This document shows, piece after piece, positions 56,901 to 64,000 of a stretch of DNA of 64,000 nucleotides (position 1 is the first letter of the stretch; each line of letters starts with the position of its first letter). The stretch is from Candidatus Nanoarchaeia archaeon (lineage in GTDB: Archaea; Nanobdellota; Nanobdellia; Woesearchaeales; ARS49), in NCBI GenBank assembly GCA_041484255.1, contig JBGPHE010000001.1, positions 6,240 to 70,239 of the forward strand. Direction: 5' to 3'. The notes under the pieces were generated by a model. The model was given only the letters and a program-made list of their open reading frames with translations. It did not search any database and was not told the origin of the DNA. The position numbers and the translations under genes were made by a program.

Positions 56901-59900
56901 ATCCGCACGAACGGCACATCCATAACCCAAGGCATCCGGCTGGAAAGCGTCGTCGGCAACAACACGGTCGCGAACAATAATATCACGGTGAGGGCTTCGG
57001 GAACGCTCAACCACGGCATCTATATGCTCTCCACGGCGAACAACAACACCATCGCCAACAACACGATCGACATCAGGGGCGGCACGACCACCAACAACGG
57101 CATCCGCGTGGAGGCAATCGCCAACAACAACACGCTCAACAACAATACCATCACCATCGCGATGATGTCCGGCAGCGACAACTACGGCATCTATTTGTTT
57201 AACGCCGCGTTCAACAACATCGTCATCAACAATACGGTGAATACCAGCGGAACCACCAGCAACATCGGCATCTTCCTCTTCACCAATGTCGGCAACGCGA
57301 TCATCGCGAACAACAGCATCCAGACCAATGGCAGCAGCATCAATTACGGCATCTATATGGTCACGCAGGCGGACAACACCACCATCGACAACAACATCAT
57401 CACGACTGCGGGCGCCGACAGCTACGGCATCAGGATGGACAACAGCCGCGGCAACAACATCACGCGCAACAATATCACCGGCGCGCAGTATGACGGCTTG
57501 TTCATCGAAGGAACCGACATCACGCACTTCACGAACAACACGATCACCAGCTCAAACACCATCAACGGCTCGCCCATCTTCTATTACGGCGGCGCATACG
57601 ACTCGCCCGCGTGCCCGAACAACCAGCAATTGCTCGTCAACAACACCGCGTCGCACATCGACTTCCTGCGATGCAACAACGTCACGCTGACAAACTACAC
57701 CAGCATGGAGGTCTTGTCGCTCATCAACACGAGCAACATGACGATTACCCAAATCCAGCAGCGCAGCAGCAAGTACGGCATCCGCGTGTTCTTCACGACC
57801 GGCCCGAACACTATCAGCAACAGCAACATCACCGCGTCGAACACGACGGTCACGGACAACTACGGCATCTTCGTGTCGGTCGCAGGCAACACGACCATCA
57901 TCGGCAACAACGTCACCACGATGAGCGCACTGGCGAACAACCACGGCATCTACCTCGTCACCAATGTCACCAACAACACGGTCGCGAACAACATCGTGAA
58001 CACGACCGGCACGAGCAACAACAACGGCATCCGCGTGGAAGGCAATGGCAACAACAACACGATTGTGAATAACTCAGTCAACACGAAGGGCTCGGGCGCG
58101 AGCAACTACGGCATCGTCCTGTTCAACACCGCGTCCGGCAACATGGTGCTGAACAACACCGTCAGGGTGAACGGAAGCAGCAGCAACTTCGCAGTCTATG
58201 TCATCACCCAAGCGAGCAACAACACCATCGCCAACAACAACATCACCGCCGACGGCCCGAGCGGCAGCAACATAGGCATCCGCCTCGAGGGCGCGGGTGG
58301 CAACGTGCCGCCGATCACGAACAACCTCATCGCGAACAACACGATTGCGGTGCTTCCGCAGAGTGCCAGCACCAACTTCGGCATCTATCTTATTACGGTT
58401 GTCTCGAATAATGTTATCACCAACAACACTATCCGCATAAACGGCACGAGCAACGACAGGGGCGTTCAGCTGGATAACACCGTCAGCAACAACACCATCG
58501 CAAACAACAATATCACCATGCGCACGACCGGCAGCGGCAACATCGCAGTCTATATCGTCACCGCCTCGCACAACAACACCGTCGCGAACAACAGCATCAC
58601 GATGTCGGGCTACGCGAACAGCAATCAGGGCATCCGCCTCGAGAGCACAGTCACCAACACCACCATCGCGAACAACACCATCTTCATGAACCAGTCGACG
58701 TCGAGCGACAACTACGGCATCCACTTCTTCAACACCGTCTTCAACAACAGCGTCACCGGCAACACCATCTTTGTCAACGCGACGACGAACGTGTACGGCA
58801 TCCTGCTCCAAAACACTGTCGGCAGCAGCTTCTTCGACAACAACAACCTCGCCACGCAAGGCACGACGCCCGGCTACGGCGTCTTCCTCTTAACCACGTC
58901 CACGGGGTCGTTCTTCAACCGCACAGTCCTGAACAACCCGACAGACTGGCTTGACGCAGACTCCACGTCGGCAGGAAACTTCACCAACACGACATTCCAG
59001 CAGCCGAACGGCAGCATCGCCATCCCCGGCAGGTTCCAATTCAACAACTCGGTGCTCCTGAAGAACAAGCTCAACATCAGCGCGAACAAGGCGTTCCTCA
59101 ACAGCACTGCCTTCGCCATCCTGAACCAGACGGGCATCATCACGCTGAACGGCGTGAACTCCAGCCAGCCGCGGCCCACCGCGGACTTCGATACCGGAAC
59201 GTTCGTCGACTGCCCCGCGACGCAGTGCACCGTCCTGAACTTCGCCAATAACGTCCTCACGTACAACACGACCGGCTTCACGACCTATTCCTGGGCGGAG
59301 AACGGGCTCAATATCTCGTTCACGAAGACCGACAATCCCGACCCCGTGAGCCCGGGCACGACGCTGAATTACACCATCACGTTCATGGTCAACACGGGCA
59401 ACGCGAGCAATGTCACGGTGACCGACCAGTATCCTGCACAAGTTATCTTCCTCAGCGCGCAGCCGTCGCCGCTCGCGGGAACGAACGACACGTTCATCGT
59501 CGGCAACCTCACGAACGGGACGAGCTTCAGCGTCAACATCAGCACGCAGGTGCTCGGCAATGCCGCGGGCCTGCGCCTCAACAACACCGCGAATGCCTCA
59601 TTCCAGAACGAGACCGGCGCGGCGCGCACGGTGAACGTGACCGAGGCCACCACCGTCCTCTCCATACCGACCATTGCGCAGGTCATCCTGAACACCACCA
59701 ACCCGCTCACGAACGACACCAACCAGAACCTGACCCTGTTCATCATCAACTCCTCCGATCCGGATAATGACATCACCAGGAACATCACCGACTGGCGCAG
59801 GAACGGCACGAGCATCGCGGTGACGAACTTCCCGTTCGAGACCAACACGAGCAGCACCGCCTCGAGCGCCATCCGCGACTACAGCACGTACCGGGCGAAC

Positions 59901-62900
59901 GCCACGCTGGGCTCGGGCGCGCAGACGCCGACCTGGAACCTCTCCGGACCGCTGGGCGGCGCGTACAGCTTTGACGGCAATGACTTCCTGACCTCTCCGA
60001 CTCCCACGCCCACCCTGCCGCTGACGTTCGAGTTCTGGGTGAAGCCCGCCACGAGCACGCCGGTCGGCATCTTCGACACCGCGCCGAACGTGGCTGCCGT
60101 GCTCCGCAACTTCCCCGGCGGCTCGGTCGAATGGCACAGCGGCGACCCGTCGGTCAGCCTCGGCCTGACCGCAGGCGCGTGGCAGCACTTGGTCCTGATT
60201 TTCAGCTTCGACACCAACCGCCACATCACGTACTACCGCAACGGCGTGCTGAACCTGACCGCGAACGGCAGCGCGAGCAGCGGCTTTGCGTGGAGCAACC
60301 CCATCCGCTTCGGCGACATCAACAACGGCGGCGCGGGAACGTACACCGGCGAAATAAGCGAGATCCGCATCTACAACCGCTCGCTCACGGCGTCGGAAGT
60401 GCAGAAACTCTACGTGGAAGGCAATGCGAGCATCTACCCGCTCACGATAACGGGCGGCAACACCATCGCCGGCGACAACTGGAGCGCGTGCGCGACGCCG
60501 AACGACAACAACCTCACCGGCTCATTCGGCGATGGCACGACCGTGTGCAGCGGCACCGTGACCATCAATGCCGTGCAGAACGCGAGCTACAGCTCGCCGG
60601 TCATCGCGCAGGTCATCCTGAACACGACCACTGTCGCGCTGAACGACACCAACCAGAACCTGACGCTGTTCATCATCAATGAGACCAGCGCGACCAACCT
60701 CGCGGTGCAGAACATCACGGACTGGCGGCTGTTCAACAGCAGCGTTTATACAAACAATGGCAGCATCGCATTCCTGAACCTGCCCTTTGAGACCAACCAG
60801 AGCGGCAACGTGACCGCAGGAGCCATCCGCGACTACAGCACGTTCGGCAGCAACGCGACGCTGGGCGACGGAAGCGCAGCCGCGGCCCCTGTCTGGAACA
60901 ACACCGACCGCATTGGCGGCGCGTACCGCTTTGACGGCAGCAACGACTTCATCACCGTTCCGGACAGCCCGCTCTGGGCATACGGCACGAGGAACTTCAC
61001 CATTGACCTGTGGGTGAACTTCAACGCGGTCAACGGCGGCGGCTTCTCGAGCATCCCGAACGTGTTTATCGCGCAGGATGACGGCGGCGGAGCCACCAAC
61101 AAGTGGATTTTCTCGCTCGGCGGCGGCGTGCTCAACCTACACATCAACAACCCAGGCCAAGGCGTGAGCGTCTTCCTCGCGCAGGCGCCGTTCTCGCCCG
61201 TGCTCAACCAATGGTACCACATCGCAATCCGCAGGGACGCGACGAATTTCACCACGTTCATCAACGGCACGGCTGCCGCGTCGGAAGTGAACACCGTCGC
61301 AGTACCTGACGCGAGCGCCAAGGTCACCATCGGCGAGTCCGAGGGCACCGGCTTCATCAACGCCGAGCTGGACGAAGTCCACATCTGGAACCGCTCGCTC
61401 ACCGACGCCCAGATCGCGGACATTTTCCGCGAGGGCAATGCCACGAACAAGCACCGCATCCAGACATTCATCAGCAACGAGACGCGCGCCGGCGACATAT
61501 GGCAGTCCTGCGTGACGCCGAATGACAACATCACGGACGGCAACACGACGTGCAGCAACAACGTGACCGTCAACGCAGTACAGAACGCGAGCAATGTCGC
61601 CCCTGCTATCGCGCAGGTCATCCTGAACACGACAAATGTCACGCTGAACGACACCAATCAGAACCTGACCTTATTCATCATCAACGAGACTGCGGGAAGC
61701 AACCCTGCAATTACGAACATCACTGCATGGAGCGTCAACAATAGGTCGTACTTCCTGCTGAACACGCCGTTCGAGGCGACTATCAGCAACAGCACGTTCA
61801 TCAAGGACTACGCGCTGGGCAACAACGGAACGAACTACAGCGGCACGACGCCCACGCTCAACGCAACCACTGGCCCGGACGGCTTTGGCGCGGTCAACTT
61901 CAGCGGCACGACCAACCAGTTCTACAACTTCGGAAGCAATGACGCGTTCCGCCCGCCCGCCAAGATTTCGCTCGAGGCGTGGGTAAATGTCACCACGTTT
62001 GTCGAATTCGCAGGCATCGTGAGCACGGTCTTTGACAGCGGCGCGGTCGAGAGCGGCTACGGCCTGCTGACGCACAGCGGCGGTTCCATTTACTTTGTGC
62101 TCGCTCCCGAAGGCTCAGGCATCGTCTACCTCACCGCACCTGCATCGTCGCTGACCGCGAACCGATGGGCGCACGTGGTCGGCACGTATGACGGCCTCAC
62201 GATGCGTCTCTATGTGGACGGCGTGCAGGTTGCGACCCAGGCGACGAACACGAAGATCGACTACAATCCGCTCAACAACCTGACCATCGGCGCGTACAAG
62301 GACGACGACGAGTTCTACGGATTCAATGGCGTCATCGCGCAGGTGCGCGTCTGGAACGCCACGCTGAACGATTCGCAGGTCGCGCTGCTTAACAACACGC
62401 GGCTGGATAACGCGCGTGTCGACACGCTGGTGGGTGCACAGCTCCTGCAGGGACAGGTCTGGCAGTCGTGCGTCACGCCCAATGACCGCAGCGCGGACGG
62501 CAACGCGACGTGCAGCAACAACCTGACCGTCGCGACGCACACGCTGAACTACACGCAAGTCATCCTCAACACGACCAATGTCGCGACGAACGACACCAAT
62601 CAGAACCTGACGCTCTTCGTCATCAACGCGAGCGATTCCAGCGCGAGCCCCATCCAGAACATCTCGGACTTCCGCCGCAATGGCACGAGCATCGCGTTCG
62701 TGAACCTGCCGTTCGAGACCAACACCAACCTGACGCAGGGCGGCAATATCCGCGACTACAGCTCGTTCAACAACCCCATCTCGCTGGGCAATAGCTCAGT
62801 CTTCGCGACGCCGTTCTGGAACAGCACCGCGAAAGTCGGCGGCGGCTACCGGTTTGACGGAGCGAACGATTTCCTCGAGACAGACAACCTCGACATCGGC

Positions 62901-64000
62901 AACAACTTCACGGTCGAACTGTGGATCTTGCCGCAGAGTGCGGGCGCGTTCCAGCACCTCGTGTCCAATGCGTTCGGCGCATCAAATTACGGCGCGCTCT
63001 ATTTCAATGCAGACCACTTAGATTACTACCAAGGCAGCTCCTCACGAGTGACCACTGCAGGAGGAACCATCGGCCAGAACGCCTGGACGCACGTCGCGCT
63101 TGTGTACAACGGAAGCATAGCAACTCTTTATCTGAACGGAACAACAGCCGGAACGAGCGCGGCGTTCACCACGACGTTCAACAACTCCGTGCGCATCGGC
63201 CAGGCAATCCCCTTCGAGTCCGCATACTTCACCGGCTTCATGGACGAGGTGAAGATCTACAACCGCGCATTGAGCGTCGAGCAGATCCGTCAGGACTTCG
63301 TGCTCGGCAACGCGAGCCTGCGCTCGACCGTCATCGCGCGCAATGAGACCATCGCAGGGGACATCTGGACTGCGTGCGCGACGCCGAACGACAACTTTAC
63401 CGATGGCGGCACGTTCTGCAGCAATAACGTGACCATCAATCCAGTGCAGAACGTGACCGTGAACAATAGCGCCCCATCCATCGCGCAGGTCATCCTGAAC
63501 ACGACGAACGTCTCAAGCAATGACACCAACCAGAACCTGACTGTCTTCATCATCAACGCGACCGATGTGGACAATGACGTCGTGCAGAATATCACGGACT
63601 TCCGCAGGAACAACCTCAGCATCGCCATCATCAACTTCCCGTTCGAGACCAACACGAGCAACATAACCAATGCGTCGCTCCGCGACTACAGCACGTTCAA
63701 CAACAACGGCACGCTCGGCGGAGGAGCTGCGGCGTTCGTGCCGCGCTGGAACAACTCCGGCAGGCCGGGCGGCGCGTACGTCTTCGACGGCGTGGACGAT
63801 TATATCAACGTCTCCGACAGCACGTCGCTGGACAGCCTGCAGAACTTCACGCTTGAGTTCTGGCTGAGCCCGTCGCCGACCCAAGCTGCGTCCGCAAACA
63901 TCCTCAGAAAAGAAAGCAGCCCGTTCACGAACGGCTTCGGCATCGAGATGGACGGAACGCCGAACAGCAATACGTACATCGCGGGCTGGAAGGACGGCTC
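53955..64000 (+). CDS. Giant surface protein 4 (more than 3348 aa, 3' end outside window): signal anchor, He_PIG-like domain, about 1400 aa of PbH1 beta-helix coils including a 508-aa tandem duplication, junction module, DUF11, at least 5 LamG-like units
   Basis: Open frame from the ATG at 53955 to the window end with no stop. Absent from the ORF track, presumably because it lacks a stop. N-terminus paralogous to gene 3. Confidence 0.75.
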   Translation, partial: MRSKRAALSDRLLIGLVLLAGVFGIAVMLWGTGIITAPQFGSGAVTGSVVATPAASPITGMDAAAVVNEAPIYTGPASFSTPQDTALTIDLSQYFSDPEHDELSFSAAEEDQIAAAVDGSLLTLTPAAGFAGERTLTIVASDGVNVLRAPVKIVVEGTAAPEQPPAPAPSAPQPEPQPPAPVTQNATQPPEITTSDFTNPGFTSQDVITSCPATMNTSTVLTQSITSTTTCITFGADNIALDCAGFNITFGTGGGSANGIVARNRTNVTITGCTIRDTNAAGTFGIGINFTNVNNSLIVNTSVFTNGTNDDYGIYFVSNDSNNTVTNVSVFARGTSINNIGIYFITNANNNTVDNSTISGLSTANVNNHGVRIEAASSNNLFTNNTVRTNGSSSDFGFYLFNNVTLNTIANNNITADGTSGTNIGIRLEGSGNGGVNSNFIANNTIQTFPPGASNNYGIYLFTSVSNNIVTNNTVRTNGTSTNVGIRLESTASNNTVANNNITVRGTGSNNNGVLLTTTANNNTVANNTIDMRAGTTTNDGILLQTTANNNTISNNSIMIAQMSSTDNRGIVLFSTAFNNILVNNTINTTGTINNYGIVLSTNVGNTTIANNSIQTNGSSINYGIWLTAVSDNTTIANNLITTAGADSYGIRLDNSRGNNITGNNITSAQYDGLFIEGTDITHFTNNTITSSNTINGSPIFYYGGAYDSPACPNNQLLPVNGTASHIDFLGCNNVTLTNYTSIEVLTLVNTSNMTITQIQQRSSKYGIRVFFTTGPNNISFSNITASNTTVSDNYGVYLLVAGNTTIANNNVTTISALANNHGIYLLTNATNNTVANNIVNTTGTSNNNGIRVEGNGNNNTIVNNTVSTKGSSTNNYGIVLFNTASGNLVLNNTVRANGSSSDYGIYVITAASNNTVANNSITTDGTSGTNIGIRIEGANNVPVVNNLVANNLIQTFPPGANSNYGIQLVTVVSNNIITNNTIRTNGTSITQGIRLESVVGNNTVANNNITVRASGTLNHGIYMLSTANNNTIANNTIDIRGGTTTNNGIRVEAIANNNTLNNNTITIAMMSGSDNYGIYLFNAAFNNIVINNTVNTSGTTSNIGIFLFTNVGNAIIANNSIQTNGSSINYGIYMVTQADNTTIDNNIITTAGADSYGIRMDNSRGNNITRNNITGAQYDGLFIEGTDITHFTNNTITSSNTINGSPIFYYGGAYDSPACPNNQQLLVNNTASHIDFLRCNNVTLTNYTSMEVLSLINTSNMTITQIQQRSSKYGIRVFFTTGPNTISNSNITASNTTVTDNYGIFVSVAGNTTIIGNNVTTMSALANNHGIYLVTNVTNNTVANNIVNTTGTSNNNGIRVEGNGNNNTIVNNSVNTKGSGASNYGIVLFNTASGNMVLNNTVRVNGSSSNFAVYVITQASNNTIANNNITADGPSGSNIGIRLEGAGGNVPPITNNLIANNTIAVLPQSASTNFGIYLITVVSNNVITNNTIRINGTSNDRGVQLDNTVSNNTIANNNITMRTTGSGNIAVYIVTASHNNTVANNSITMSGYANSNQGIRLESTVTNTTIANNTIFMNQSTSSDNYGIHFFNTVFNNSVTGNTIFVNATTNVYGILLQNTVGSSFFDNNNLATQGTTPGYGVFLLTTSTGSFFNRTVLNNPTDWLDADSTSAGNFTNTTFQQPNGSIAIPGRFQFNNSVLLKNKLNISANKAFLNSTAFAILNQTGIITLNGVNSSQPRPTADFDTGTFVDCPATQCTVLNFANNVLTYNTTGFTTYSWAENGLNISFTKTDNPDPVSPGTTLNYTITFMVNTGNASNVTVTDQYPAQVIFLSAQPSPLAGTNDTFIVGNLTNGTSFSVNISTQVLGNAAGLRLNNTANASFQNETGAARTVNVTEATTVLSIPTIAQVILNTTNPLTNDTNQNLTLFIINSSDPDNDITRNITDWRRNGTSIAVTNFPFETNTSSTASSAIRDYSTYRANATLGSGAQTPTWNLSGPLGGAYSFDGNDFLTSPTPTPTLPLTFEFWVKPATSTPVGIFDTAPNVAAVLRNFPGGSVEWHSGDPSVSLGLTAGAWQHLVLIFSFDTNRHITYYRNGVLNLTANGSASSGFAWSNPIRFGDINNGGAGTYTGEISEIRIYNRSLTASEVQKLYVEGNASIYPLTITGGNTIAGDNWSACATPNDNNLTGSFGDGTTVCSGTVTINAVQNASYSSPVIAQVILNTTTVALNDTNQNLTLFIINETSATNLAVQNITDWRLFNSSVYTNNGSIAFLNLPFETNQSGNVTAGAIRDYSTFGSNATLGDGSAAAAPVWNNTDRIGGAYRFDGSNDFITVPDSPLWAYGTRNFTIDLWVNFNAVNGGGFSSIPNVFIAQDDGGGATNKWIFSLGGGVLNLHINNPGQGVSVFLAQAPFSPVLNQWYHIAIRRDATNFTTFINGTAAASEVNTVAVPDASAKVTIGESEGTGFINAELDEVHIWNRSLTDAQIADIFREGNATNKHRIQTFISNETRAGDIWQSCVTPNDNITDGNTTCSNNVTVNAVQNASNVAPAIAQVILNTTNVTLNDTNQNLTLFIINETAGSNPAITNITAWSVNNRSYFLLNTPFEATISNSTFIKDYALGNNGTNYSGTTPTLNATTGPDGFGAVNFSGTTNQFYNFGSNDAFRPPAKISLEAWVNVTTFVEFAGIVSTVFDSGAVESGYGLLTHSGGSIYFVLAPEGSGIVYLTAPASSLTANRWAHVVGTYDGLTMRLYVDGVQVATQATNTKIDYNPLNNLTIGAYKDDDEFYGFNGVIAQVRVWNATLNDSQVALLNNTRLDNARVDTLVGAQLLQGQVWQSCVTPNDRSADGNATCSNNLTVATHTLNYTQVILNTTNVATNDTNQNLTLFVINASDSSASPIQNISDFRRNGTSIAFVNLPFETNTNLTQGGNIRDYSSFNNPISLGNSSVFATPFWNSTAKVGGGYRFDGANDFLETDNLDIGNNFTVELWILPQSAGAFQHLVSNAFGASNYGALYFNADHLDYYQGSSSRVTTAGGTIGQNAWTHVALVYNGSIATLYLNGTTAGTSAAFTTTFNNSVRIGQAIPFESAYFTGFMDEVKIYNRALSVEQIRQDFVLGNASLRSTVIARNETIAGDIWTACATPNDNFTDGGTFCSNNVTINPVQNVTVNNSAPSIAQVILNTTNVSSNDTNQNLTVFIINATDVDNDVVQNITDFRRNNLSIAIINFPFETNTSNITNASLRDYSTFNNNGTLGGGAAAFVPRWNNSGRPGGAYVFDGVDDYINVSDSTSLDSLQNFTLEFWLSPSPTQAASANILRKESSPFTNGFGIEMDGTPNSNTYIAGWKDG
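54166..54435 (+). other. He_PIG/cadherin-like Ig domain at the N-terminus of giant protein 4
   Basis: PIYTGPASFSTPQDTALTIDLSQYFSDPEHDELSF...LTLTPAAGFAGERTLTIVASDG. Confidence 0.55.
55115..58830 (+). repeat. Tandem duplication of a 1524-nt (508-aa) PbH1 beta-helix unit in gene 4: two full copies (55115-56638, 56639-58162) and a diverged third (58163 to about 58830)
   Basis: Near-identical stretch GCGCAGTATGACGGCTTGTTCATCGAAGGAACCGACATCACGCACTTCACGAACAACACG... at 55959 and 57483 (period 1524 nt, in frame), about 95% nt identity over about 680 nt by eye. Unit starts RTNGSSSDFG / RANGSSSDYG / RVNGSSSNFA. Confidence 0.8.
59672..64000 (+). repeat. At least five LamG-like repeat units in gene 4, continuing past the window end
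   Basis: Unit starts at about 59683, 60601, 61607, 62563, 63480, with the same VILNTT...NDTNQNLT.FIIN leader and W..C.TPNDN..DG.T.CSNNVT linker. Confidence 0.65.

Noticed and set aside
1-64000. Search for rRNA, tRNA, CRISPR arrays, IS elements and integrase genes
   Set aside because: No short direct-repeat/spacer periodicity; no tRNA-like cloverleaf candidates in the intergenic regions inspected (4382-4532, 18826-18962, 23514-23626, 53536-53785); no transposase or integrase-like ORFs. All large-scale repeats lie inside the giant coding sequences and are in frame.

Overview
GC-rich (about 60% GC by eye) archaeal chromosomal segment. Evidence for an archaeal host: a group II chaperonin (thermosome), Spt5, a SecE-Spt5-L11 cluster, RNase P Rpp21, an archaeal-type cytidylate kinase, and TTTATATA-type TATA boxes 22-30 bp upstream of many start codons with archaeal-style oligo-T terminators. 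Bacterial-type gap and pgk are also present. No lineage assignment is possible from this window; a DPANN-like organism is a guess only.

The first 23.5 kb is housekeeping: a partial M48 peptidase, GluRS, a tandem VOC protein, a small histone-fold-like ORF, the thermosome, a GNAT, cmk, an FKBP, ftsZ, secE-spt5-rpl11, a NOL1/Sun RNA methyltransferase, a fused pyrE-pyrF, a 2-hydroxyacid dehydrogenase, gap-pgk and RNase P Rpp21. Two AT-rich single-gene islands interrupt this region: a PD-(D/E)xK-like nuclease, and a secreted membrane protein between ftsZ and secE.

From 23.6 kb to the end of the window (more than 40 kb) there is a locus of four giant paralogous surface-protein genes of 1104 aa, 3168 aa, 5598 aa, and more than 3348 aa (truncated by the window). 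Genes 1-3 form one tightly coupled unit (ATGA start/stop overlaps) headed by a small 96-aa ORF. Gene 4 has its own AT-rich upstream region with repeated TTCATATGAA palindromes and an overlapping AbrB/MazE-like small gene.

Each giant protein has an N-terminal signal/anchor followed by an enzymatic or Ig-like head. The heads are a nucleotide pyrophosphatase/phosphodiesterase-like domain in gene 1, a subtilisin S8 domain with I9 propeptide in gene 2, and He_PIG-like domains in genes 3 and 4. Kilobases of parallel beta-helix, DUF11, LamG-like and glycine-rich repeats follow, densely studded with N-x-S/T sequons. Genes 1-3 each end in a conserved six-Cys membrane-proximal module, a Pro-rich stalk, C-terminal TM helices and a basic cytoplasmic tail. 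The repeats include near-identical tandem duplications and blocks shared between genes.

This giant enzyme-headed adhesin-like locus is the candidate novel system. It recalls giant SPEARE-type proteins I remember being reported for Nanohaloarchaeota, but this is recollection, not verified. No rRNA, tRNA or CRISPR was recognised.
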